Positions 20,463-31,474 of a DNA stretch of 64,000 nt are shown here, piece after piece. Each line of letters starts with the position of its first letter. Position 1 is the first letter of the stretch. The DNA comes from Bdellovibrionales bacterium (GTDB lineage: Bacteria > Bdellovibrionota > Bdellovibrionia > Bdellovibrionales > JAUICD01). The DNA is taken from NCBI GenBank assembly GCA_965203275.1, contig OZ241865.1, positions 2,144,001-2,208,000 on the forward strand, given 5' to 3'. Position numbers and translations under genes: made by a program. A model generated the notes under the pieces. That model was not told the DNA's origin, did not search any database, and worked only from the letters and a program-made list of their open reading frames with translations.

Positions 20463-20494
20463 CAACTTTATTTTTGCAGGCTATCAAACTCAGG
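20463..20494. mobile_element. solo right end of the MITE/IS family
   Basis: CAACTTTATTTTTGCAGGCTATCAAACTCAGG is identical to 7027-7058. Confidence 0.85.
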
Positions 20495-20750
20495 TTTCAT
20501 CATGCGATTATAATGTCTTTCATATCCACTCTCTTTAAAAACCAACTGAAATGCTTCTTTGAAATTTTCATAATCAAGCTCTTTTGTATCAGATATATTT
20601 TGACTGTCAGAATGAGACTCTCTATTTATGTAGCGATGAAAGGCTTGGTATTTTGATTCTTTAAATTTTTCAAAAACTTCATTTAAGTCTTCTTTTTCAA
20701 TAAAATTCAATAAAACCAAAAAAAATATTCAAGACGCATGCCATTTGCCA
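20495..20750 (-). pseudogene. C-terminal HEPN remnant of an RloC/AAA_13-like anticodon nuclease
   Basis: Degraded NGMR-LEYFF, then RYINRESHSD and FKESGYERHY; abuts the MITE end. Confidence 0.6.
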
Positions 20751-20823
20751 TTAAGGCTCGTGGTTGCTGGCGGTCTTTTACAATACTCCAGTAAGAATGT
20801 CAAGTTATTTTTCAATTGGTTAA

Positions 20824-22530
20824 ATGATTGCAATAAAAAAACAATTAAGGCAAACTGCAAAATTGATGAATAAAATTTTGACCTACCTCCTCCAAAGCCA
20901 TAGATTTTTGAGACATTGTTTGTTTCGCCAAGACCTTAAACATTCAAAAGAAACTCATACAGATGTATTTCATTCTGCTACTATTATGGCAGCAGGAACA
21001 TTAACAAGTCGATCTGTAGCTCTTATCAGAGAAATGGTTCTGGCTGCTTATTTCCCTCGCTTTGTCACTGATATATGGATTGTAGCACTACGTATTCCCA
21101 ATCTCTGTCGTCGCCTCTTTGGCGAAGGAGCTTTATCCGTAGCCTTTATTCCTATCTTTGTAGAACTTTTGGAAAATAATTCTAAAGATCAAGCTAAAAA
21201 ACTTGTTGATGCCGTTTTTAGCATCATGCTCATTTCTCTCTTAACCATTTTTATGCTAGGTCTCATATTTGCTCCTCAAATTGTCCATTGGCTGACTGCT
21301 GGAGAGGGCTTTGCACAAATAGAAAACAAAGTAGCTCTGACTATTTACTTTACTCGCATTATGATGGTCTTTTTGATTTTGGTTTGTCTCTATGCCTTTT
21401 TTATGTCCATTCAAAACAGCTTCAAACAATTTGCTATACCTGCCCTTGCCCCTGTATTTTTTAATTTGTCTATTGTAGTCGCAGCTCTTTTACCTTCTAA
21501 TTTATTTGATGTGTCAGGTGAAGTTTTAGCTTGGGCTGTAGTTATAGGTGGCATTTTGCAGTTAGCCGTTATGATCCCAGGTGTATACCATCTAGGCTAC
21601 TTACCACGCTTCCGTTTGAAACAAAGTTTAACCTTTAAGCCTGTCAGAAAAGTCTTTCAAAAACTTTTACCTAGTGTCATAGGTGTTGGAGTCTTACAGC
21701 TAACTGTTTTAGTTAATACAAGATTTGCAAGTTATTTACAAGAAGGTGCAAATTCTTGGATATTTTGGGCAGATCGCTTATTAGAACTCCCATTATCCTT
21801 AATAGCTGTCAGTATGGGGACAGCTCTCTTGCCTACATTATCAAAATACTCTGCTCAAAAACAAATGAATGAAATATCTGACTTAATCCATCAAAGTCTT
21901 AGATATGTATTGTTTTTAGGGATACCTGCAAGTATAGCCTTTTTTATACTCTCAGAGCTTTTAGTGCAGGTCATATTTCAAAGAGGGCATTTCAAACTTG
22001 AAGATGTCATGTACACATCTGCTGTGTTGCGTATTTATGGGATAGGTATTGTAGCTTATGGAAGCATCCGTGTATTACAACCAGCTTTTTATGCTATTCA
22101 AAACACATGGATTCCTGCATTGATATCCGCTATCTGTTTAGCTTTTCATATTCTACTAGCATCTTATCTGTTAGAAAGTTATAAAATTGAAGGACTTGCT
22201 TTTTCATCTATAGTTAGTGCTATGCTCAATATGTTTTTTTTACTTTTAATGTATAAGTTTTTCATTGGTCCTTTAGAATACTTAAAAATGTTTCTTTATT
22301 TGATACGTATATTACTGGCTGCTTTTGTTATGGCCGTAGGATTAAAAATAACTGTGTTTTATTTTTCTCCTGAGAGTATAGGTTTGCGTTTTTTGCTTTT
22401 GTGTGTGACTTGTTTGATAGGCTTGATATGTTATTTTAAAACAGCACTGTACCTTCAATGTCCAGAAGCTACAAATATTTTAAATAGAATAAAAAATATC
22501 CAATGGCTTAAATTTTTTAATAAAAAGTGA
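20824..22530 (+). CDS. murJ: lipid II flippase MurJ
   Basis: GTLTSR, RIPNLCRRLFGEGAL and ADRLLELP motifs; start uncertain. Confidence 0.95.
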   Translation: MIAIKKQLRQTAKLMNKILTYLLQSHRFLRHCLFRQDLKHSKETHTDVFHSATIMAAGTLTSRSVALIREMVLAAYFPRFVTDIWIVALRIPNLCRRLFGEGALSVAFIPIFVELLENNSKDQAKKLVDAVFSIMLISLLTIFMLGLIFAPQIVHWLTAGEGFAQIENKVALTIYFTRIMMVFLILVCLYAFFMSIQNSFKQFAIPALAPVFFNLSIVVAALLPSNLFDVSGEVLAWAVVIGGILQLAVMIPGVYHLGYLPRFRLKQSLTFKPVRKVFQKLLPSVIGVGVLQLTVLVNTRFASYLQEGANSWIFWADRLLELPLSLIAVSMGTALLPTLSKYSAQKQMNEISDLIHQSLRYVLFLGIPASIAFFILSELLVQVIFQRGHFKLEDVMYTSAVLRIYGIGIVAYGSIRVLQPAFYAIQNTWIPALISAICLAFHILLASYLLESYKIEGLAFSSIVSAMLNMFFLLLMYKFFIGPLEYLKMFLYLIRILLAAFVMAVGLKITVFYFSPESIGLRFLLLCVTCLIGLICYFKTALYLQCPEATNILNRIKNIQWLKFFNKK

Positions 22531-22537
22531 GTCTTAG

Positions 22538-23434
22538 ATGATAAAAATTTATATATTTTTTTTCTCTATAATATTTTTTAAGGGTTTGGTTTTTGCAGAA
22601 GATAGCTTGCTACCCCCTCCAAGCTCCTTAAGTTTATATGAGATTTTTAAACACAATCAGACTTTAGATAACATCATAGCAAGACAAAAAACACAGCAAC
22701 CATCTTCAAGCAATAAAGAGCAGATGTCTTTGGAAGCAAAGATACAAGATCAAGAGTTTAACATTCAAAAATCTGAACGTGATTTTTTTGAAAGACTGTT
22801 AGCAAAATATCCTGATCAGATCGTTTTACATTATAATTTTGCTTGGTTTTTTATAAATAAGCAGAAAACCATAAGCCAGTTTAACTTTGTTTTAAAATCA
22901 AAAACATTTGATGAGCTGAGGTTTATGTCTGCTTTTAATATAGGGACTTTATATGGATTTGACAAAAAATTGCATACTGAAGATGAAAGCCGACTTGATC
23001 GAGCCCTTCAATATTATCAGATGGCTTTAGATATAAAACCAGACTCTCAAGAAACAAAACAAAATATTGAGATGCTCTTTCTACAACAAGCTAGACAACA
23101 ACAAACTGAATCTTCACAACAAGACAGCTCCCAAGAAAATAATAAACAGCAACAACAAGATAAATCTCAAAAGCAAGGTCAAAAAAATGAAACCTCTCAT
23201 CAAAAAAAGTCCGATAAAAATGGTCAAAAAGAAGAGCCAAAACAAGAATTTCAAAGCCAAAAATTAAGCAAAAGAGATGTACAAGATATTTTAGAAGAAC
23301 TCAAACAACAAGAGCAGAAGATTTGGCAAGAACTTATTCGCAAGCAAAGTCAAAATAATCAAGCCCGACCTTTGCCCAACAAGATGTTTAAAGAACAACA
23401 GTCTCAAGACAAAGCTTTAGAAAAGGATTGGTAA
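22538..23434 (+). CDS. TPR protein with Q-rich linker (BatC-like)
   Basis: Signal peptide, TPR (FNIG...ALQYYQMAL..KPD..ETKQNIE), Q-rich tail ending EKDW. Confidence 0.7.
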   Translation: MIKIYIFFFSIIFFKGLVFAEDSLLPPPSSLSLYEIFKHNQTLDNIIARQKTQQPSSSNKEQMSLEAKIQDQEFNIQKSERDFFERLLAKYPDQIVLHYNFAWFFINKQKTISQFNFVLKSKTFDELRFMSAFNIGTLYGFDKKLHTEDESRLDRALQYYQMALDIKPDSQETKQNIEMLFLQQARQQQTESSQQDSSQENNKQQQQDKSQKQGQKNETSHQKKSDKNGQKEEPKQEFQSQKLSKRDVQDILEELKQQEQKIWQELIRKQSQNNQARPLPNKMFKEQQSQDKALEKDW

Positions 23435-23548
23435 ATATGCAGGACTTATGTAGGGTGCATATTTAACAAAAATTAAAGTTATCTGAAGTTTTTACCGAAC
23501 AATTAAATGTACCTTTACAAGTAGTATGAAATAAGAGGGGAAATTATA

Positions 23549-25096
23549 ATGACTAAAATAATGACTAAAAAACCAAAAAGTAAAAGCATGTCACATCAAC
23601 AAAGGACATACTTGCTACTTATTTGTCTTACATTTTTGTTTATTGGATTCCAAAATTGTGGTCGAGATAACGCTCTAGAGAGTGATTCAGAGAATCCATC
23701 CACTCCTACAGCGTCGCCTTCACCCACACCGGCAAAAATTAAAAAAATATATACAGGTATTCAACATAACTGTTCTTTAGATGATGCAGGGCAGGTAAAA
23801 TGCTGGGGACTCAATGATAGTGGTCAGTTAGGTCAAGGTCATATAACAGATATTGGTACTTCAAGCGATCACATAACAGATTTAGATGATATCAATTTAG
23901 ATTCCAAACATAAAAGTGTGTCTCTTGCTCTGGGGGATAAATATAGCTGTAGCCTTTTAGATAACGATCATGTTAAGTGCTGGGGGCTTAATAATAAAGG
24001 TCAGTTAGGTTATAACAACACAGAAGATTTAGGTGATGAACCTAATGAAATGGGATCTCACCTGGCCATTGTAGGTGGTACGAATTTCAAAGTTAGATCG
24101 ATTGCATCAGGATATAGCCATACCTGTGTGATTATGAAAAAGTCTGGCCAAACCAATGCAGGACCAGTCAAATGCTGGGGAGAAAATAACTATGGTCAGT
24201 TGGGTCAAGGCAATACTAACAATATTAAGACTCCAAGTGACCATGAAAATATCGATCTTGGACATGATAGTATAGCTCTTGCTACTGGTCATAAACACAC
24301 TTGTGCTTTGCTCGATAATGACTGTGTGAAATGCTGGGGAGGCAATGATTTTGGTCAGTTAGGTTACGAAGACCTTGATAGTCGGGGTGATGCATCAAAT
24401 GAAATGGGGTCTAACTTAGACCCTGTAGGAGGTCAAGAGTTTAAAGTTAAGGCTATTGTAGCAGGACATAGCCATACCTGTGTGATCAGAAAGAACTTTG
24501 GTTCAGTGACTGATGTAGAAGGTAAAGTGCAATGTTGGGGGAATAACAACAAGGGGCAATTAGGTCAAGGTAATATAGACACTCTAGGTGATGATGCCGA
24601 TGAAATTACAGATTTACAGTTTGTTGATTTAGGTTCAAATCGTAAAGCTAAGTCTATTTTTGCAGGGGAAAATCATACCTGTGCAAGGTTAGATAATGAT
24701 CATTTAAAATGCTGGGGAGAAAATAAATTTGGTCAGCTAGGTCAAGGTTCTACCAATGACATTGGTAACGAAGCTAATGAAATGGGTGATGAATTGATGA
24801 GCGTCCCTATTGCTGCTAGTCGTACTCTTGCTAGTGTACCATCTGATCAAGTAGATCATACAATATCTGTTGGTGGTCATAATACTTGTTTTATCTTAGA
24901 TGATTTCAAAGCAAGATGCTGGGGTGATAATTTTTCTGGTCAGTTAGGTCAAAATCATGCATGTTCTCTAGGCAACGGCAAAGGCTATTTTGCAGAAGGG
25001 GCAGATGCTCAAGCTCAATGTGACCCTCCTAGCAATACTCCAGAAGATAAAGTGGTTGGACACACTGTCGACAAAATCAATCCTATAGATCTCTAA
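23549..25096 (+). CDS. RCC1-repeat lipoprotein
   Basis: IGFQNC lipobox-like motif and repeated HTC...VKCWGxNxxGQLG. Confidence 0.92.
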   Translation: MTKIMTKKPKSKSMSHQQRTYLLLICLTFLFIGFQNCGRDNALESDSENPSTPTASPSPTPAKIKKIYTGIQHNCSLDDAGQVKCWGLNDSGQLGQGHITDIGTSSDHITDLDDINLDSKHKSVSLALGDKYSCSLLDNDHVKCWGLNNKGQLGYNNTEDLGDEPNEMGSHLAIVGGTNFKVRSIASGYSHTCVIMKKSGQTNAGPVKCWGENNYGQLGQGNTNNIKTPSDHENIDLGHDSIALATGHKHTCALLDNDCVKCWGGNDFGQLGYEDLDSRGDASNEMGSNLDPVGGQEFKVKAIVAGHSHTCVIRKNFGSVTDVEGKVQCWGNNNKGQLGQGNIDTLGDDADEITDLQFVDLGSNRKAKSIFAGENHTCARLDNDHLKCWGENKFGQLGQGSTNDIGNEANEMGDELMSVPIAASRTLASVPSDQVDHTISVGGHNTCFILDDFKARCWGDNFSGQLGQNHACSLGNGKGYFAEGADAQAQCDPPSNTPEDKVVGHTVDKINPIDL

Positions 25097-25312
25097 TTTT
25101 GGTGACTTTTAATTTTGAATAAGATAGCAAATTAAAAATTGCTTGGAATTAAAGTGGATTTTTTAATTTGGTATGCTATTTTTAACTTGATAAGCTATGC
25201 TATAGATGTTAGTTTGTGAAAATTAAAATAAACAGAATTACAGAATTGAATTACAGAATTTAAGATGAAGATATCAAAGCCTAAGAAACCCTAGGAAACT
25301 CAGAGAAACATT

Positions 25313-26572
25313 ATGCCATCTTTAGATTTTAAAGGCAAATCTGAAATTTATTCTCATCATTTGACAGTACCTTGTTATCCTTTAAAAATAGATAGCAAAA
25401 AGTCTTTTGGTTTTCAAAATGGTACATCACAGTGGACCCCTTCCCTCAACGACAATTTGATCATTCATGGTGATAATCTTTATGCTCTTAAGTCTCTTTT
25501 GCCTCAATATGCAGGTCGGATCAAATGCATTTACATTGACCCACCTTATAATACAGGGAATGAAAAATGGAAATACAATGACAATGTCAACTCTCCTTTA
25601 ATGAAGACATGGCTTGGTCAAGTTGTGGATTTAGACGATCTTGAAAAGCATGATAAATGGCTTTGCATGATGTGGCCTCGGTTGCAGTTGCTCAAAGAAC
25701 TTCTTGCTGAAAATGGTGTTATTTTTGTTTCTATTGATGATCATGAGCAATGCCGGTTACAAATGATGATGAATGAAATTTTTGGAGAAAAAAATTGCAT
25801 CACAACCCTTATCAAGCCTACAAAGATTGGCGGAGGGAATAACTCAAAACACATAGTAAAGAGTCACGAATATATTTTGGTTTATGCTCAAAGCAAGTCA
25901 CAATTAATGCCTCTGTTTGTCAAACATCAAAAAGATTATCTTAAAAGATATAGAGAAAGAGATAAAAAAGGTAGGTTCTTTTGGGATACACTTAATCGTC
26001 CTGGCTTGAGAAATGCTCATTATAGTATCACAGCTCCTGATGGCACTGCTATTGAAGGGTCTTGGATATGGTCCAAAAAGCGAGTAGAAAAAGCTATCCA
26101 ATTAGGTGAAATTAGAATAGAAAAGATCAATCGTAAATGGAGTGTGCATTTTAAACAAAGACTTAATATAAAGGGTAAAAAATTAACTAGCCTGTTAAGT
26201 CGAGAATTAGTTGGAGGGACAATAGAAGGAAGCCGTGAAATGAAAGATATATTTCATAATGCATATATATTTCCTTACCCTAAATCATCTCATTTAATTA
26301 AGTTTCTTTTAGAGAGTTTAAACTGTCAAGATGCCATTGTTTTAGACTCTTTTGCTGGCACAGGTACAACAGCTCATGCTGTTTTGCAGTTGAATCAAGA
26401 AGACGGAGGCCAGCGTAAATTTATTCTTGTTGAATGTGAAGATTATGCTCATACAATCACAGCTGAACGGGTACGTAAAGTGATCAAAGGTATTCCTCAA
26501 TCTCAAAATAAGAAGCTTCAAAAAAAAATGAAAGGTTCTTTTACTTATTGTCAATTAGATTTTAATACTTAA
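25313..26572 (+). CDS. type III R-M Mod-family adenine MTase (mod1), lacking the C-terminal extension of mod2/mod3
   Basis: HGDNL, IYIDPPY, HDKWLCMM and LDSFAGTGTT motifs. Confidence 0.9.
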   Translation: MPSLDFKGKSEIYSHHLTVPCYPLKIDSKKSFGFQNGTSQWTPSLNDNLIIHGDNLYALKSLLPQYAGRIKCIYIDPPYNTGNEKWKYNDNVNSPLMKTWLGQVVDLDDLEKHDKWLCMMWPRLQLLKELLAENGVIFVSIDDHEQCRLQMMMNEIFGEKNCITTLIKPTKIGGGNNSKHIVKSHEYILVYAQSKSQLMPLFVKHQKDYLKRYRERDKKGRFFWDTLNRPGLRNAHYSITAPDGTAIEGSWIWSKKRVEKAIQLGEIRIEKINRKWSVHFKQRLNIKGKKLTSLLSRELVGGTIEGSREMKDIFHNAYIFPYPKSSHLIKFLLESLNCQDAIVLDSFAGTGTTAHAVLQLNQEDGGQRKFILVECEDYAHTITAERVRKVIKGIPQSQNKKLQKKMKGSFTYCQLDFNT

Positions 26573-26621
26573 ACACAATGTTTATACCGACAATCAAGCA
26601 AGCTACCCTAGGTTTAGAAGG

Positions 26622-26712
26622 AGCTTTTTCTTTAACATTTCACTCAAAATGCATCATGCCTCTGGCATGTTTTTGGACAATGACCGCGTTTGTTTCACTA
26701 AAAATAAACAAA
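26622..26712. repeat. partial family A element between convergent mod1 and res
   Basis: TTAACATTTCACTCAAAATGCATCATGCCTCTGGCATGTTTTTGG is shared with ~51331-51375. Confidence 0.8.
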
Positions 26713-26750
26713 TTTTTGAGACATTTTAAGAAGCTTTACTTGTAATGATT

Positions 26751-29378
26751 TTAAAGTTCTTTTTGTAGGTTTTGTTGCCATGATTTTTCCATAAGAATTT
26801 TAAATATCATTTTTTGATCTTGTTGATTAGCTACTTCAAAGCTCCCTACATCCATGGATTGATCTTTATGATATTGTTCTAGTAGTTTGAATAATTTTTC
26901 TTTGTACAGTGTATCATCATTGCCTTTCAGGTGGTCTCCTTTGGTTTCTAAAACAACATACTTTTTTTCTTTAGCATTTGAACCTTCTTTAATTGCATAA
27001 GCTAAAAAATCTGGCCAGATTTTTCTTTTCTGCCAGCCTTGCAGATGATAATCAGTAGAGCTTTGTCTTGCAACCATTCGATGCCACCATTTGATAGCTT
27101 GATGTTCGTCTAAGTACCAAGCTACTTGCTTTTCAAGTGTATTGTAATGTTTTTCATAAGTCCTATCAAATAAGCTTAATTGTAAAGGACTTCCATCTCT
27201 CTGGCTCAAGACTCGATTTTGATCAGATATATTGTGAAAACTCATTTCTTGGTCCATTGTCCAGTTCAGATCAATATTATCTTTAAATATCTTAAAACAA
27301 ATCAAGCCTTCTTTTAACTTGCTAATAAATAATTGCTCTGATAATTGACTGACTTGATCTTTAATGTCATTTTCTATTTTATTGAGCAGAAAATTTCTAT
27401 TCAGATAAATATCTTGATGGGATATACCTTGAGATTGAAGGGTTTGGATCACTTCATCAAGTATGCGACTTGCTTCTATAGGGTTAGGGATAAAATGACA
27501 CAGTCTTTTAGACATGAGTGAAAAATCCATCGACATCAATGAGGCTATGTGGGATTGCCTTTGGCTTTCTAACATTTCAAGTTGCCCTTGTGGTTCTTCT
27601 ATATCTACTTTGATGATGTCTGTTTTAAGTTTAAGAGATTGAATATAATCCGGTGTGATAGTTTCTTTTTGAGAATAGGAAATTTGACTGTAGTTTATAT
27701 TTTGTAAAATATCAGATTCATAAATAATATTTCGCCATTTATTATCTTGTTTATACAGCACACGAGGCAAGAATATTGTGGTTTTTTGAAATGCTTTTCT
27801 ACGTGGAATGATTTTTCTTTCCACTTGATGGTCTTTATATTTGATTTGATCAATCACATCGTCCATGCCTTCTTTTTGCAGGCCCTTTTTAATATCCTCT
27901 ACTACGTCTTTAACGATTCGGTTATAACAGAACACATAACTTTCATTCAGATCAGGAAACTCTTTAATGGTTCTTGTGTGGGGTTGTCTTAAGATTCTAC
28001 CAATCAATTGAGTAAGAGCCTGTTTGGATTCAGACTTTCCAAGTATGGCAAGTACATAAGCAAAGGGGCAGTCCCATCCTTCTTGAAGGGCCCTATTGGT
28101 GATGATGTACTCTACTGGAGAAGCATCACTGAGGAGGTCTTCGTCTTTAAGTTCATTACGGCCAGATGTTTTAATACGGACAGATGCAGGATTGATACCT
28201 AAGTGATTTATTAGATATTGCTGGGTGTCTTCTGCGTGGATAAATTTACTGCCTTTTTGTTCTTTGCCTGTTCTTTCTACTTGAATGAGCATGATAGGAC
28301 GTATGTAGCGACGAGAATGATAATGAAATTCCTTAGCTTGAGTTTTAAGTTCTTTGAGTTTTTCGTATGCTTGATGTAGTGTTTTTTTCCAATCACTCTT
28401 TTCAGAATTACTAATATTGATAGGGATTTTGATCATGTTTTCTTCTTTGAGCCTTACACCTGAAACACTTACCAGTACATTACTTTTATGTTCTTTCATG
28501 TTAGGGGTTGCTGATAATTCTAAAATAAAGCGAGGGTTTAATGTGGATATGGTTTTTCTTGCAAGTTGGGAATAAGCTCTATGGCCTTCATCTAATATAA
28601 CAATGGGTCTGACAATACGGAGAGCATTACCCAGGCTATGTTTGATGGATATATTTTTTACACCTCCAAAATTTTGTTTCAGGTCACCCTCATAATCTAA
28701 ATTAGATATTTGATCTAGTAATTGGTTATTGGCTTTATGATGGTCAGATGGAGGGAAGAAATCAACAAATTGACCTGAGTTTTTAAAGACTTTTAAAGAT
28801 TCTTTTGTGTCTCTATTTGCAGATGGCAACATAAGAAGCATCACACAAAGGTGGTCTTGAACATCTTGTAGAGAAAGGGCAGAAGTTTTTTCTAGGATTT
28901 TAACGTTTCCTCTACCGCCAGCAGCCATAGCTAATACATCCTTGTAAGGATGATCTATGTTCTTGAACGCTTGTAACGTTTGTCTATAGATAGCTTCTGT
29001 GGGGACAATCCATAAAATAAATCCTGTATTTCTTTTAAAATAATCAATATTGATTTCGTAAAGAGCATGGAGGGCAATAAGGGTCTTGCCTCCACCTGTA
29101 GGTACTTTAAGACAAACATTCGGCACAGTATTTCCAATTCCATCTTTTACATTTATATATGGAAATGGATGCCCATGTTTATCTTTAGCAATAGGAATTT
29201 TATTTTCTTCTATAAGTTGTTCCCAAGCTTTTTTGCAAAAGTCTTGGAAGTGTCTTGCCTTACCTTCTTTTTTGTGGTGTTGCACAAGAATATTTTCATC
29301 TTTATATGTTTTTTCAAGAGCTTCTACGTATTGTTTTAATTTGTTTAAGATGGCTATTTGAAATTCTTTAAGTTGCAT
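26751..29378 (-). CDS. res: type III restriction enzyme Res subunit
   Basis: VPTGGGKT, DEGH, SAT and EGWDCP helicase motifs; C-terminal PDF...ETKG nuclease motif. Confidence 0.9.
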   Translation of the reverse strand: MQLKEFQIAILNKLKQYVEALEKTYKDENILVQHHKKEGKARHFQDFCKKAWEQLIEENKIPIAKDKHGHPFPYINVKDGIGNTVPNVCLKVPTGGGKTLIALHALYEINIDYFKRNTGFILWIVPTEAIYRQTLQAFKNIDHPYKDVLAMAAGGRGNVKILEKTSALSLQDVQDHLCVMLLMLPSANRDTKESLKVFKNSGQFVDFFPPSDHHKANNQLLDQISNLDYEGDLKQNFGGVKNISIKHSLGNALRIVRPIVILDEGHRAYSQLARKTISTLNPRFILELSATPNMKEHKSNVLVSVSGVRLKEENMIKIPINISNSEKSDWKKTLHQAYEKLKELKTQAKEFHYHSRRYIRPIMLIQVERTGKEQKGSKFIHAEDTQQYLINHLGINPASVRIKTSGRNELKDEDLLSDASPVEYIITNRALQEGWDCPFAYVLAILGKSESKQALTQLIGRILRQPHTRTIKEFPDLNESYVFCYNRIVKDVVEDIKKGLQKEGMDDVIDQIKYKDHQVERKIIPRRKAFQKTTIFLPRVLYKQDNKWRNIIYESDILQNINYSQISYSQKETITPDYIQSLKLKTDIIKVDIEEPQGQLEMLESQRQSHIASLMSMDFSLMSKRLCHFIPNPIEASRILDEVIQTLQSQGISHQDIYLNRNFLLNKIENDIKDQVSQLSEQLFISKLKEGLICFKIFKDNIDLNWTMDQEMSFHNISDQNRVLSQRDGSPLQLSLFDRTYEKHYNTLEKQVAWYLDEHQAIKWWHRMVARQSSTDYHLQGWQKRKIWPDFLAYAIKEGSNAKEKKYVVLETKGDHLKGNDDTLYKEKLFKLLEQYHKDQSMDVGSFEVANQQDQKMIFKILMEKSWQQNLQKEL

Positions 29379-29773
29379 TTGTTTTCTCTTTTTTTAGGTT
29401 GTTGTTATTTTATTCCTTCATTTGTTGGTTATGTGAGCATTCTTATAAGCATTTTGTGGATTTGAAATGGCATTTGGCAAAACACAAGACCTTTTTGTGG
29501 TAGATCCTCTGGTGGGACAAAACAAGCCATTGCAAACACATAAGCCTTTATATGCTTTTTCAAGAGCTTCTACGTATTGTTTTAATTTGTTTAAGATGGC
29601 TATTTGAAATTCTTTAAGTTGCATTTGTTTCCTCTTTTTTTTAGGTTGTTTGTTGGTTATGTGAGCATTCTTATAAGCATTTTGTGGATTTGAAATGGCA
29701 TTTGGCAAAACACAAGACCTTTTTGTGGTAGATCCTCTGGTGGGACAAAACAAGCCATTGCAAACACATAAGC
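29300..29773. repeat. tandem duplication of the mod2 3' end / res 5' start junction (~246 bp + ~228 bp)
   Basis: 29300-29545 is repeated at 29546-29773; the second copy lacks ~19 bp. Confidence 0.92.
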
Positions 29774-31381
29774 CCTTTTGCACTTTTCTACCTTCATCGT
29801 TTGCAATATTAAAGCCTCTCTTTTAGCATGCAAGGCTGAAGCATCGCTTCTTAAAAACTCCTTATCTGGTTGATACACTACAAAAATAGCAACGTCGTTT
29901 TTGGTCTTACCTACATAATAATCACCACGCTTTTTAAATTTTTGAAGTGCTTGGCCTGTTGCTGTGTAGAAAATATACGGAGCTAGCACATTGTATGTAG
30001 GTAGAGATTTGCATTTTAAAAAGTTTTCTTCATTGAACTCTTGACCTAAGGTGCAGTAAGCAAATGAACCACCTAAGCCTTTTTTTAATCTGTCGTCTTT
30101 AGCCGTGGGGATACCTTTAATAACCCGTCGGATACGTTCAGCAGTGATGTTATTGGCATAGTCCTCGCATTCTATAAGGATAAATTTGCGATTCCCTCCA
30201 TCTTCCTTGTTGAGGTCAAGGACTGCATGGGCTGTCGTACCACTGCCCGCAAAAGAATCTAAAATAATAGCGTTTTTATCAGCAATTAATGAAATACATC
30301 TTTTAATCAATTCTGGTGATTTTGGAAAATCAAAAGAATCTTCTCCTTGAAATATTTCTTTTAATATCTCCTTGCCAATTTCATGGTTAAAGCTTTTTTC
30401 TATCCATAAGGATTTTGCTTTAGTTGTCCCACCATTTTTGGGTAAATAATCCTTACGATAAATACGCCAACCTTTGTCACTATGGCCATTTGTTTGTACC
30501 CCCACAATCAAATCAGGATTTTGTTTGATTTTTTGTTTGCTCCATGTCCAACACCCTTCTTTCCCTTTTGAATCTTTAGGTAAAACCTTCAGATTATATT
30601 CTTTGTTATGGGTTAAAGATATTTTTCCATTTGTTGGATGAACAAAAATAGGAAAAAATAAATTAGGCCTGGTTTCTTTATTGAAAAATTGGATCCCTGA
30701 ATTTCTAAGGCGTAGTAAACGAAACTTTCCTTTTTTATCTTCTTTATTATATTCATCAATTGTTTTTTGAGGTTTAGGTATTTCTTGAATGACATCTTTA
30801 GAAGGGCTTTTAGTGAAAATTAAAATATGCTCATGAGTTTGTGCAATACCTTTTCTAAGGGATCTTCCTCTTGGATTTGTTTGAACTATAATATCAGCTA
30901 AAAAGTTTCCTTCTCCAAAAATTTCTTCACTGATGCTCTTTAGATTATAACATTCATGATCATCTATACTGATAAAAATCACACCATCTTCAGCAAGTAG
31001 CACTTTGAGTAACTCTAACCGAGGCCACATCATGCAAAGCCATTTATCATGCCTTTCCATATCGTCTTTGCCGATGCCATTTTCTGTAAACCATCTGCAC
31101 ATCACAGGATTGTTGACTTTATCATTGTATTTCCAGTTTTCGTTCCCTGTGTTATAAGGTGGGTCAATATAAATGCATTTGATCTTTCCTCCATAATGAG
31201 GGATAAGGGCTTTAAGAGCATGAAGGTTGTCCCCATGGATCATCAAATGATCATCTAAAGATGGCTTACTAGTCTGGCTTGAAACATAAGATTTTTTGGC
31301 ATTGATCTCAAGAGGATAAAAAGGCACTGTCAAATGATGGGTACGGACAATTGATTTGCCCTTAAAATTCAACACTGGCAT
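29657..31381 (-). CDS. mod: type III R-M Mod subunit (mod2)
   Basis: DPPY and FAGSGTT motifs; ATG MPVLNF at 31381 after a GAGG RBS; lies upstream of res. Confidence 0.92.
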   Translation of the reverse strand: MPVLNFKGKSIVRTHHLTVPFYPLEINAKKSYVSSQTSKPSLDDHLMIHGDNLHALKALIPHYGGKIKCIYIDPPYNTGNENWKYNDKVNNPVMCRWFTENGIGKDDMERHDKWLCMMWPRLELLKVLLAEDGVIFISIDDHECYNLKSISEEIFGEGNFLADIIVQTNPRGRSLRKGIAQTHEHILIFTKSPSKDVIQEIPKPQKTIDEYNKEDKKGKFRLLRLRNSGIQFFNKETRPNLFFPIFVHPTNGKISLTHNKEYNLKVLPKDSKGKEGCWTWSKQKIKQNPDLIVGVQTNGHSDKGWRIYRKDYLPKNGGTTKAKSLWIEKSFNHEIGKEILKEIFQGEDSFDFPKSPELIKRCISLIADKNAIILDSFAGSGTTAHAVLDLNKEDGGNRKFILIECEDYANNITAERIRRVIKGIPTAKDDRLKKGLGGSFAYCTLGQEFNEENFLKCKSLPTYNVLAPYIFYTATGQALQKFKKRGDYYVGKTKNDVAIFVVYQPDKEFLRSDASALHAKREALILQTMKVEKCKRAYVFAMACFVPPEDLPQKGLVFCQMPFQIHKMLIRMLT

Positions 31382-31474
31382 AGCACACCTCTTTTTTGCC
31401 ACACTCTTACACTTTATAGCTTCTTAGTCAACAAGTAAAATAAGCATTTATTAAACCCTTGAATGGCTATAGAG

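Noticed and set aside
23474..23501. sigma28 promoter upstream of the RCC1 gene
   Set aside because: TAAA-N16-ACCGAACA has off spacing and a weak -10.
29418..29783. 121-aa ORF as a real gene
   Set aside because: It is a chimeric product of the junction duplication (out-of-frame mod tail plus res start).
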